Shown: positions 22,166 through 33,382 of the stretch, one piece after another
Position numbering within the stretch: position 1 is the first letter of the stretch
Layout of the letters: each line of letters opens with the position of its first letter
Assembly: GCF_018350175.1 (NCBI RefSeq)
Contig: NC_058368.1
Location: forward strand, 135,038,001 to 135,102,000
Direction of reading: 5' to 3'
DNA from: Felis catus
Lineage: Eukaryota
Length of the DNA: 64,000 bases
Notes under the pieces: model-generated
What the model saw: the letters and a program-made list of their open reading frames with translations, nothing else
Database searches by the model: none
Told to the model about the DNA's origin: nothing
Made by a program: the position numbers and the translations under genes

Positions 22166-24250
22166 CCCCTATTGACTTCCTTGTCGACACCGGAGCACAA
22201 CATTCGGTCCTCCGCACCCCACAAGGAAAACTAGCTAGCAAGAAGTCCTGGGTACAAGGGGCAACTGGTATGAGCCAGTATTCGTGGACTACCCGAAGAA
22301 CAGTAGATTTGGGAACGGGCCGGGTATCCCACTCCTTTATGGTAATACCAGAATGCCCCTACCCGCTGTTAGGACGGGACTTACTGACCAAGATTGGAGC
22401 TCAGATAACTTTCAGACAAGGGGGGCCTCAGGTCATCGATGGCAAGGGCCACCCCATCCAGGTCCTGACCATGAAACTGGAGGATGAATACCTCCTCCAC
22501 CAGGAGGCGCTCCCGAGAGAGGATAATATAGACAGATGGCTACAAGAATTCCCCTCGGTTTGGGCAGAGACAGGGGGGATGGGACTAGCCGCTCATAGGA
22601 CCCCAGTCCTGGTAGAGCTCAAGCCAGGAGAGAGTCCGGTAAGGATCAAACAATACCCCATGTCTCAGGAGGCCTGGAAGGGGATCCAGCCACACATCCG
22701 GAGACTACGAAGCCTAGGGGTACTAGTTCCTTGCCAGTCTGCCTGGAACACCCCCCTACTGCCGGTCAAAAAGCCTCACACAAATGACTACCGACCGGTA
22801 CAAGACCTCCGGGAAGTAAATAAGAGGGTCGTGGACATACACCCAACTGTTCCCAACCCATATACTCTCTTGAGCTCCTTAGCGCCCTCCAGGGTCTGGT
22901 ATACTGTACTAGATTTAAAGGACGCCTTCTTCAGTCTGCCGCTGGCACCCCAGAGCCAACCCTTGTTCGCCTTCGAGTGGCATGATCCGGAGGAGGGCTA
23001 CAGTGGACAACTCACCTGGACACGGCTACCTCAGGGATTCAAAAATTCACCCACCATCTTCGACGAGGCACTACACGAGGACCTGGGTGAGTACAGAAGG
23101 GAGCACCGTGGCCTCACCCTTCTACAGTATGTAGATGACATCCTGATTGCTGCCGACACTGCCAAAGACTGTGAGCGAGGGACCCAGGACCTGCTGGCTA
23201 CCCTGGGGGCCTTAGGATACCGGGCATCCGCGAAGAAGGCTCAGATATGCAGGGAGAGGATTCACCAACAGGACACCAAAATAGAGCAAGTTGTATCTGC
23301 CTGCAAGACCTGCCAACTCACCAACGCGAGGGCCACATCAAATAAAAAAAGGAACCAGGCTCAGAGGCACCAGACCGGGAGCCCAATGGGAAGTCGACTT
23401 CATTGAAGTCAAACCAGGAAAGTATGGTTTTAAATATCTTTTAGTATTTACAGACACCTTCTCTGGCTGGGTGGAGGCATACCCAACCAAGCATGAAACG
23501 GCTCAGACGGTGGCTAAGAAGCTACTAGAAGACATCTTACCCAGGTATGGTTTTCCTGCCCTGGTAGGATCAGACAATGGACCAGCTTTTATCTCGCAGG
23601 TAACACAGGCAGTAGCCAAGGCGGTGGGGGCAAACTGGAAATTACATTGTGCTTATAGGCCCCAGAGCTCAGGACAGGTAGAAAGAATAAATAGAACCCT
23701 AAAAGAGACCCTTACCAAATTAACCATGGAGACTGGCGGGGACTGGGTGACTCTCCTACCGTACGCCCTTTATTGGGTTAGAAACACTCCTTACACTCTG
23801 GGTTTTACTCCCTATGAGATCATGTTTGGCAGGCCACCCCCTGTTATTCCCAGCCTTTGAGCTGAACTTATTGCTGAGTTTAAAGATCAAGAACTTTTTC
23901 TTTCCTTGAGCGGGCTCCAGAGGGCGCACGAGGACATTTGGCCGCGCCTCCGTGCCATCTACGAGGCTGGCCCGATCCCGACACCTCATCAGTACAGGCC
24001 GGGAGACTGGGTCTACGTCAAGAGGCACCACCGAGAGACTCTCGAGCCGCGCTGGAAGGGACCCTACATCGTGGTGTTGACAACCCCCACCGCTCTCAAG
24101 GTAGACGGCATCGCGACCTGGGTCCATCACACCCACGCTCAGCCAGCGGACCCCTCCTCGATCCGGAAGGACTTCGTCACGCGATGGGCCATCAGTTGGG
24201 ACCAACACAACCCGCTCAAGCTCAAGCTACAGCGCATTCGACCTACCTAA
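22108..24250 (+). pseudogene. pol: Pro-Pol (protease, truncated RT, integrase) with in-frame deletion, frameshift and nonsense codon
   Basis: [29 protein letters not shown] joined directly to IHQQD...CKTC near 23259; extra A in A7 at 23344-23350; IN WEVDF/SDNG/GQVER; TGA at 23858-23860; RWKGPY; TAA ending at 24250. Confidence 0.96.
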
Positions 24251-24447
24251 TATTGGTAACTCTGTTAACTCTGCTTGTCATTGCTCATGCTGCCGGGAGT
24301 CCCCACGCCCCCCAAAACATCACCTGGCAGATCATAGACACCAGCTCGGGGACAATACTTAATCAGACCTCCCAGAGCCATCCCAGGGACACTTGTTTCC
24401 CAGAACTTTGCGTAAACCTCCAGACTCTGTTCTCCTTGTCACCATAA
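24184..24447 (+). CDS. env: Truncated Env ORF (87 aa): signal peptide plus SU N-terminus
   Basis: GCGATGG start overlapping the pol end; hydrophobic LILVTLLTLLVIAHA; SPH motif, NITW, (W/C)FPEL; most of SU and all of TM missing; expression unknown. Confidence 0.75.
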   Translation: MGHQLGPTQPAQAQATAHSTYLILVTLLTLLVIAHAAGSPHAPQNITWQIIDTSSGTILNQTSQSHPRDTCFPELCVNLQTLFSLSP

Positions 24448-24487
24448 ATGCAGCCGGTCCCATGATTGGGTCCGTAAGCTACATGAC

Positions 24488-24497
24488 AAGGGGGGAA
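24488..24497 (+). other. Polypurine tract
   Basis: AAGGGGGGAA immediately before the 3' LTR. Confidence 0.9.
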
Positions 24498-24887
24498 TGA
24501 AAGGGCGGGCCTACGCCAGCCGACTCCATCTTGTTCTGTGTCCTTCACCTTGACCACACCTCCTCCCCTTGACTCCATCTTGTTCTGTGTCCTTCACCTT
24601 GACCACACCTCCTCCCCTCGAGTAAACCCTCCCTCACCTGCCGGACCCTTCCCCAGGACCCCTCCCCAGCCAATCGGCTGAGGCCATAGCCATTACCTCA
24701 CCAACTGCCCCCAGGCCCCAATAAAACCTTTGTCCTTTTGAAACTCGCTCTCTTTCCCTGGTATCTCACCGCTGCGTCGGTGCAGGTAGGGGATTGAGCT
24801 CGAGCTAGCTCGAATAAAGGCTCTTTGCTTTTGCATCGGACTCGGCTCCCTAGTGGTCTTTGGGGATCACGAATTCTGGGCATAACA
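24498..24887 (+). repeat. 3' LTR (390 bp)
   Basis: Direct repeat of 19645-20034, followed by TSD CCAT. Confidence 0.98.
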
Positions 24888-25082
24888 CCATGATACATCA
24901 GAGACACATAGCTATACATAAAGGCAATTATGGCGTAAAGAAAGGAGTACTTGATTTGAAGTCCAAAGACTCATCGAGAAATTCTATGTTCCTCTTATTT
25001 ATTTCTCAGCCTCAGTTTTCTTCTATTTGAAGTGGCAATAAAAATCACTATTTCACAGTTTGTTGTTGAGGGAGACGCTAAG

Positions 25083-25558
25083 TGTATCAGTTATCTACTG
25101 CCACAATCATGCTGTGTAACAAACCACCTCAAGGCCCACTGGCTTAAAAAAGGCATTGATTATTTCTCATTCTCCTTTGGGTCCAGGTGGGTAGCTTTGC
25201 TGATCTAGTAGCTAGCTGATCTAGCAAAGATCAGCTTTGCTGATCTAATATATGCTTGTGCATATATTTGCAACCAGCTGTCCATTCAGCTGGGCCTCGC
25301 TGGCCTACGATGGCCTTGGGTTGAGGTAACTCATCTCTGTTTCCTATGGTATCTTGTCTCCCAGGCTAAGTTAGCCTTGTGTTTTTGGTGGTGGCAGAGC
25401 TCCAAGAGAGAAATCAGAAACCACATTTCAAGTCTTGGCTTGCATAAAGTTTGCTGGTATCCCATTGTCCAAACAAGTCACATGGCCAAGACCACTGCCA
25501 AAGAGCATGAATATAGAGAATTATAAAAACCTATTGTTAATGCAATCAACTCACCACC
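25083..25558 (-). mobile_element. MaLR (MLT1-type) solo LTR
   Basis: 'tgtatcagttatctactgcc...tgtgtaacaaaccacctcaa' and 'cccattgtccaaacaagtcacatggccaag'. Confidence 0.7.
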
Positions 25559-25839
25559 ATGAGAATGAGTCATGATGACATATAGCCTCCTCCTCTGGGA
25601 AGCCTCTCCTGATTTCTCTCAGAACTCTTTAATATGCTTCCATCATAAATATTATTCATGAATATTTACTGAATCCCTAACATTCTCTAGACTCGTATGT
25701 GCTGTGGTGTGACACACACAGCACTAAAAGCGACAAAGTCCACTGCACTGCAGTGGTAGGGGACAGAGTGAATAAGTGAATGCATGAAAGGATACATAAT
25801 TCCACATACTGATACGTGCTTTAAAAATATTGCTTTGTA

Positions 25840-26050
25840 GGGGTGCCTGGGTGGCGCAGTCGGTTAAGCGCCCGACTTCAGCCAGGTCACGATCTCGCGG
25901 TCCGTGAGTTCGAGCCCCGCGTCGAGCTCTGAGCTGATGGCTCAGAGCCTGGAGCCTGTTTCCTATTCTGTGTCTCCCTCTCTCTCTGCCCCTCCCCCGT
26001 TCATGCTCTGTCTCTCTCTGTCCCAAAAATAAATAAACGTTGAAAAAAAA
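25840..26050 (+). mobile_element. Young SINEC_Fc-type SINE
   Basis: gggtggcgcagtcggttaagcg head, CpG-rich; TSD atattgctttgtag. Confidence 0.95.
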
Positions 26051-27078
26051 TATATATTGCTTTGTAGCTTTTTAAAGCATGTCAGTCTCACCCTCCATGC
26101 TGGGATCTCCCTAGAGCAGGCACCTAGTATTTTCATTGCATCTCAGTCCTTAGCACAGTGTCTGGCCCATAGGTGCTCAATAAACAAGAAAGCACAAATG
26201 GATAAAAGAGCCCTGCAGAAGGCATGGAAATGAGAACAGGGAAGGCAAGAACTTGGCCATGGCAATGGCTATTCACTCTTAGGCTCTCATTCTTTTCAAT
26301 GCTTCCATACTCCCACAGGACGACACAGGGACTGCCCCGACCGTCCTGACACAGACATCTATCACCCAGCAATGACTCTGACCAATGGCCCTGACGGCAT
26401 TTGTCCAGTTTTGCTTCTCTTCCAATCCCAAGAAATGTGTGCACTCCACGTCTCAGCACTTGCATATCTCAACACAGAGCATGGTGGTGGTGAAGTCAGT
26501 GAGGACAGGGGATGTGTGGACCTGGGGGCTTGCCTCTTCCATCGGGAATTGTGAAAAGGGAAATTAATCATTTTGAGCAGAAAGTTTCCACATTACCCTG
26601 CCTCTCTTGGTGTGAACGAGAAATAGACTTGGGCTCTAATTTACATGTTTTGCCATCAGTCGTTAGAGTTCTTTTTTCACCTGGCTTGGTTCTAGACCCT
26701 CTATTTAAGTGTTATTCAGAGCCTCTTTCCAAAGACTAATATGCCTACTTGAAGACACTAGTTGGTTTCAAAAGCACTGATGTAGCTACTTGTCAGGTTT
26801 TTAAAGTACTCAGCCACTGAACCTCCTTCCTCCATTTGGGACATCCTTATAGCACAAGTCTCAGTAGAAGGCATCCCGTCTAGAAACTGAAAAGGCCATA
26901 TTCTAGCTTTCCTTCTGCTCACTGGCAGGGGTGGTATGTGCGTGTGACCAAGCCCAGTCAATCAGAGGCTCCTGCTTGGGGCAGTGGCCCATTGTTCCCT
27001 CATTTACCAAGGTAGCAGGGGTAAGTAATATCACCACTGGGAAACAGTATCCTATAACTCACATCCAGTAGAGCTCTC

Positions 27079-27757
27079 TGTTATGAGTTGAATTGTGTTC
27101 CTACAAATTCTTTTTTTTTTTTTAGTGTTTAATGTTTTTATTTATTTTTGAGACAGAGAGAGAAAGAGCATGAGCAGGGGAGGAGCAGAGAGAGAGGGAG
27201 ACACAGAATCTGAAGCAGGCTCCAGGCTCTGAGCTGTCAGCACAGAGCCTGACATGGGGCTCGACTCCTGATGTGGGGCACGGACTGTGAGATCATGACC
27301 TGAGCCGAAGTTGGACGCTCAAGCGACTGAGCCACCCAGGTGCCCCAATTCCTACAAATTTTTATGTTGAAGACTTAACCCCAAATACCTCAGAATGTGG
27401 CCTTGTTTAGAGATAGGATCTTTACAGAGGTAATCAAGTTACAGTGAAGTCATTAGGGTGGGCACTAGTCCAACGTGACTGTTGTCCTTATAAAAAGGAG
27501 AAATTTGAGCAGAGAGACATGCATAGAAGGTAAGACAATATGAAGAGACATACAGAGGGACTGCCATGTGAATATGAAGGTGGCCATCTATAAGCCAAAG
27601 AAAGGGGCCTAGAACAGACCCTTCTCTCACAGCCCTTGGAAGGATCCAACACTTTGAGGGCCTTTTAGCCTCCAGAACTGTGAAAAAATAAAATTCTGTT
27701 GTTTAAGCTACTCGGTCTGCGGTACTTGGTTATGCCAGCCTTAGAAAATGAATATAC
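27079..27757 (+). mobile_element. MaLR MLT1A/B-like solo LTR interrupted by a SINE
   Basis: 'tgttatgagttgaattgtg...tatgttgaag...acctcagaatgtg...gcctccagaactgtga...aataaaattctgttgtttaagc'. Confidence 0.85.
27111..27346 (-). mobile_element. SINEC (felid type) nested in MLT1
   Basis: Reverse SINEC; TSD ttcctacaaatt. Confidence 0.93.
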
Positions 27758-27879
27758 CATTCTCACCAGAAAATTCCTGTAGCACGGTTTTGGGTATAGC
27801 TCTACTCTCCTCAGATTTCTGGTTCTCCATTTTAAAGGCTTGTCTGAAGCAATTAAATATCTCTTCAAGAAATTATTAT

Positions 27880-28061
27880 CTTGTTATGTTTATTTTTGAG
27901 AGAGAGAGAGAGAATGGGGGAGAGAAATATGGGGACAGAGGATGTGAAGTGGGCTCTGTGCTGACAATGCAGAGCCCAACGCAGGCTTAAATTCACGAAC
28001 CTTAAGATCATGACCTGAGCCGAAGTCAGGTGCTCAACGGACTGAGCCACCCACGTGCCCC
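27880..28061 (-). mobile_element. SINEC
   Basis: Reverse SINEC ending gactgagccacccacgtgcccc. Confidence 0.88.
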
Positions 28062-30649
28062 AAGAATTTTTTGGAAGTTAATCAAAGCTTATTGTTTCCA
28101 ACTAAGAAACCCAACTAATACAAATACCGTGTTCTAACAAGTTTTCCCTCTATGGGTAATTCTGGGTTTTCTTCCTCCTCTGACATTGAAATGGCTCCTA
28201 CTTCTGAGCTCTGTGCTCCAACCAAAGTTTTATAGGATTGGCACATCTGCCCTTCCTCTGTGGTTGGTGGGCTTCTAACTAATCTAGTCCCATTCCTCCC
28301 TGCCTTCAGATACAAATGCAGTTTTCTTATATGCCTCCCCTCAAAGTTGGCCAATCTGCTGACCTTCTTCACTTAAAATAACCAGGATCAGATGGCTGAG
28401 GTTATACTAGAGAGGGAGATGTGCCTCCTGACATACGGTATACTGTGTAAATATCAAGAGGCTACTCCCCAGTCCTAGCACCTCAGAGGTGTTGACATTA
28501 CATGGGACGTTCCAATTTTAGCCCTGCTCTAGAATGTGTTATAAGTAAGCTACTCTGTTGTCTTTACCTCGGACTTAGTCACATTAAAACTGGAACTTGA
28601 ACTCTTGGCTTGCTAATACATTTTGATACAATATACTGATTACATCTACAGCAATCGTGTTCCACTACTTACAAATATATGACACTGAGGCTATGAAACC
28701 AGCGGTGGGGTGAAACCATCTTATCTGAACATAGGTTTGCACAGGCTCAAAAGGCTGGTGAGTTAAAAATTTATTTTGTTGGTTGCTCTGATATTTCACA
28801 ATTCAGGAGATAAAGGGGGAAAAAACAAAAGAGGAGTGGAAAATACTAAGCCTGAGCCCTCTGTGTCAAGTCCAAGGCAGAGAAGAGGGAAAGAGAAAAA
28901 GGCTGACAGAGTAAGGTGCCAGATAGTTTTTGCCCCTATTTCTACTTCCCACAAAAGAATAGGGAATTCACTTTTGTGAGGAAAGAAACATGTGCTGGAA
29001 ACAACGCTGACTACCTCACAAATACTATCCCGTTTAGTCTTTGCAACAGCCCTCCCAAATCACTCCTATCATTGTCATTCCCATTTTATAGATGAACAAA
29101 TATGTTTTCACAGGGAGTTGGCCAAGTCAGGATCATATATTACTCCAAATGATGTTCTTCCCACTACACAGGGCAAAGAAGAACTCGTTTTCAGCATCCC
29201 CCAAGAAACCCAGGAAGTAACAGAGTTCCGTTTGCTCCGAGTAGCTATAATTAAATAGGACAGGAAAGTGAAGCTGCTCCTCAACAGAGCCGGAAGGTAT
29301 TATCACCTCACATTGCTCTCTTCTTTCAACTCATCTCTGACAACATGGGTAGAGCGGCCATCTTCTGGGGGCATGCCTGTTCAACATCTAGGATTTGATT
29401 TGTTTTGTCCATTTTGAGTATTCAGGAACTTTGCTTCTTTTCTACTCTCCTTCTCTCTGGCTTCTTTTTTTACAGTTTATATAGTTGGGAGTATTTGGTG
29501 TATATTCTATAACCATTGATGGCTATGGCCCCTGTTCTCTCTGGAGGAAAAGATACCATGGATGACATATAAGGCAAATGGTTCTTTTCTTTCTTTCTCC
29601 TTTGTTCTCTCCCATTAACAATGATCTGGGTGAGTGATCTCCAGCAAAACACTTAACCTCTTGAAACCTGATCATTTTATTTATAGGGATAATGGTACCT
29701 TATGTATCTGATGGCAGAAGCGTGACCCAAAGCATGTCTTAAATCTCCATTCCTTTCACAAGAACTATTAGTCAAAACAAACGTACCCTCTTTCTTATGG
29801 TATGACTAATTAATTATCATTCCAATTACATGCCATAAATGAGACATATTCTAGTGAGTGTTCTTCTGAATAGCAGTGATGACTGGTAAACAAAACCAGT
29901 CTTGGGGGAGTGGGGATCAAGCATCCCTGAATGTAGTCCCCCAAATGCCGTATTTAAAAATTAGTTTTTCAAATCGTTTTATTTTCCAAATTACATAGGG
30001 AAAATGTTTTGCTTATAGCACCACTAACCCCGGGGCACAAAGCACACATGAACCCAGAAGGGAAGGGCAGAATAACTTGGGAGTGGAGTCTGACCTGCTC
30101 TCATTCAGTTTTTAATCAAACACCTCCACATTGGAAATTCCAAAAATATCATGGGAAACTCTTTACAAAATTTTCATGGTTGAGATACTTGAACTTACTG
30201 TTGAATACAAAAAGACAGAAGTTACACTTGGCCTCTCTCTTGCCAGAGCACAGTAATGGTCTTTCCACTGGGGGCATTTATTTGGAGTATGAATTTGAGG
30301 CTGGGAATTCAGGAGTGTCTCTAACGGTCTCTAAAGGGGGTGAGAAGGAGCCCCGTCTTCGTGAATGCTGTGTTACCCTAGTGTGTACTTCCTTCCTTTG
30401 CATGGAAGAAAGGAGGCAGAGCCAAATGATGAATGAAGACTGCCTTATGTAGCAAGGGGAATAACCTACTGTTTTGATTGGAGCTCTTTTTTAGACTTTT
30501 AATTTGGGGGGGAGACATTAGAGGGGCTCTAGAACTTACATGGAGATGCATTTAAGCCTCCCATAATGCCAGGTTTCCTAGCGAGAATGTGTTATTCTCT
30601 TTATAAAGAAGATTGTGGTAGTAGGTATTACCAATAACGACCACAATAA

Positions 30650-30880
30650 TAATATTTAACATGATTAGGCATTTGTTATGTTTCAGGAATCTCTAAATGC
30701 TTTATGTGTGCTAACTCATATAATTCTCACAGTAACCATGTGAGTTATATGCAATTATTATCTACACCTAACAAATGAGAAAACTACTTCACAGAGACTT
30801 TCCACGCGGTCACACCATTAGTGGAGTCAGGATTTGAACCCAGGAAGTCTGGTTCTAAAACCTACACATTTTAACCACCA
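30650..30880 (-). mobile_element. MIR SINE
   Basis: 'aactcatataattctcacagtaacc...aaatgagaaaact...caggatttgaacccagg'. Confidence 0.65.
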
Positions 30881-32021
30881 CACCTCCACAGGATCTCCCC
30901 AGCACCATCCCTGACCTGTGACTCTCAATGGCAGCTCTGCCAGGCTCACTGAAGTTGCCCTGAGCTATTGATTCCTCTCCTTGGACACAGTCCCATTGCA
31001 GGGACTCTCAGCGCACGCTCCCCTGGGGAAGTTTCTGCCACTGGAAGTATCTTCCATCACCACCTCTTGTCATGGCTGCTGCCAATGAATGGTGGTTTCG
31101 GGCATCCACTCCTGCCAATACCGTTTTTAGGGTCTTCTAGGTTCCTGCCGCTCCTATAGCAACATCCAGGTATCTTGGTGTTTGTTAGCACCATCTCTAA
31201 ATTGTAGTTTACTGAACCTGTATTGGCACACAGCTCTTTCAAGGAGCTTATTCGAGCAGTGTAGTATCTTAGAGCTAGCATCAAGAAGCAAATCTACCTA
31301 CCTCCTCATCTCCCTTTTGTTCTTTGAGGCACAGCACAGATCCACTTGGCTTCCAGCACCCAATAGTTATACTTATATGTACCTGTGTATTATACTATTG
31401 AATTTACCAAGTTCTTTTAAAATTCATTGTGTCATCTGATCTTCACCCTAACCCTGTGAGACTATTATGTACTCCATTTTATAGATGAGAAAAGTGAAGC
31501 TCGGAGAGCTTAAATGTCTATCCTAAGATTTTATACTGAAGTCAGAGCCAGGAGTAAATCTAATCTTAGCTTGCTAATTTCACCACACTGTTACCAAGGG
31601 TACTATGAGTCTTTTAACTCTTTGACTTTATGGACAAAATGGTATCTTGTTGTTTTAATTTATACTACTTGGATTATACCTGAGGCTCTTCTGTAGTTCT
31701 TTCTTTCCTATTGTCCATGCCAATTTTTGCTTGTGGGGGTTTATCTTTTCTGAATTGACAAAAACAACTCTTGCTGTAAGGGAAGTGCTGATTCTTTATC
31801 TAGCACATATTTTGCAAATATGTTTTCCAGTTTGTCCTATGCCTTTAATGTTTTTTTTTTTGTTGTTTTTTTTTTTGTTTTTAGTATATGCAGAAACAGA
31901 AGATCTCTTTGTTGTCAAATTTATGCACTAATTTCTTCATAGTTTCTGCCTTGGAAAAGGCTTCTCAATCTAAAATCATACATTTTTTCCCACCTCGATG
32001 GCAGTTTCACTTTTATATTTC

Positions 32022-32243
32022 TTTTTTTTTTAATTTTTTTTTAACGTTTATTTATTTTTGAGACAGAGAGAGAGAGCATGAACAGGGGAGGGTCAGAGAA
32101 AGAGGGAGACACAGAATCGGAAACAGGCTCCAGGCTCTGAGCTGTCAGCACAGAGCCCGACGCGGGGCTCGAACCCACAGACTGTGAGATCATGACCTGA
32201 GCCGAAGTCGGACTCTCAACCGACTAAGCCACCCAGGCGCCCC
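32022..32243 (-). mobile_element. SINEC_Fc-type SINE
   Basis: Reverse SINEC; TSD tatatttc. Confidence 0.95.
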
Positions 32244-33139
32244 TATATTTCATTTTTAAATCCACTTGGGATGTACTTAAGTGTATAATGTGAGCTAAGG
32301 TTTCAACTGGAAGTGTTTCATATAAGCAAAGTTATCCCAGCATTATTTATTAAATAATGTTTCCCCGCACTGATTTGATCATCTTCATATTTTAAGTACA
32401 ATTTATATTTGGGTTTGATTCCAGGTTTTCTATTTACTTCCTGTGATATGTTAGCCCTGATTCCAGTCCCGCCCTCTTAATGCCATGAGCACCCCAGGAG
32501 CACAGACGGTAGAGTCTGTACTCCTGTCTCAGCATCTCCCTTGGGTACCAAGGAACTTGGCATCAGCACTAAGGCCTCGTCACTTGTTCCCCTCGAAGTA
32601 GAAAAGCCATGATTCTGGGCCCCAAGTCAGAATGCACAAACTACAAATAGAGGCTTCCTGCAATTATGTGTGTGTGCGTGCACGCACGCAGGCATGCATG
32701 CTCGTGCGTGTATCTCAGGGCCAGGGCTCTGTATCCCGTGGTTCTCCAAATCGGAGAGCCATTTTCTACTTGTGACTTTGTTACTGAATACAGAATCTAG
32801 AATCTGAGGCTGACTTAGTGGCTGTTCCCACTCAGGGAACTCTTCCTTAGTCAAGAAAAGTTTTGCTCCATTTACTGTGAGGTTTTGTGGAGATTTTGCA
32901 ACCTTCATTTTCTCTTAAGGTGTGCAGGTCATGAGGGATGTGGAAAAACATGAGAACTCCAGACCTATGCAACTGCACGTGTAGAAATTTAACATTAATC
33001 TGGGGAGTCGGAGACTGAATTTACTGTTCTTTTAAATCCCTGTGAAATATTCATTTCTGAGCAATGTATGGTCTGTCAAGTCACTTAACCATATAAAATG
33101 AAAGAGAAAGGTTTCTTTTATCATAAAATGTTACATCTG

Positions 33140-33307
33140 GGGGAGCCTGGGTGGCTCAGTCAGTTAAGCGGTTAAGCATCTGACTTCGGCTCAGGTCATG
33201 ATCTCACAGCTCGTGGGTTCAAGCCCTGCATCGGGCTTTGTGCTGACAGCTCAGAGGCTGGAGCCTGCTTTGGATTCTGTGTCTCCTTCTTTCTCTGCCC
33301 CTCCCCT

Positions 33308-33346
<39 letters not shown>

Positions 33347-33382
33347 AATAAATAAACATTTAAAAAAACCCAAAAAACATTT
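33140..33382 (+). mobile_element. SINEC (felid type)
   Basis: TSD taaaatgttacatctg; small gttaagc duplication in the head. Confidence 0.94.

Larger units (their letters stand above)
19645..24887 (+). mobile_element. Young, internally deleted endogenous gammaretrovirus (class I ERV) provirus, 5243 bp
   Basis: LTR-PBS-leader-gag-pro-pol(del)-env(del)-PPT-LTR; perfect 4-bp TSD CCAT at 19641-19644 and 24888-24891. Confidence 0.98.

Noticed and set aside
23938..24183. Env starting at 23938 as in the ORF track (169 aa)
   Set aside because: That start is TTG, not ATG; the first ATG in good context, followed by a signal peptide, is at 24184.
20935..24208. Antisense and alternate-frame ORFs within gag/pol (e.g. 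21624-21959, 23756-24208)
   Set aside because: Expected shadows of GC-rich coding sequence; no recognisable motifs.
20035..24497. Captured host gene or oncogene inside the shortened provirus
   Set aside because: Nearly all internal sequence is accounted for by leader, gag, pol and env homology; the short length comes from deletions.
25724..26050. SINE-derived ORFs and tRNA-like A/B boxes here and at other SINECs
   Set aside because: These are tRNA-derived SINE heads with (CT)n and A-tails, not genes or tRNAs.
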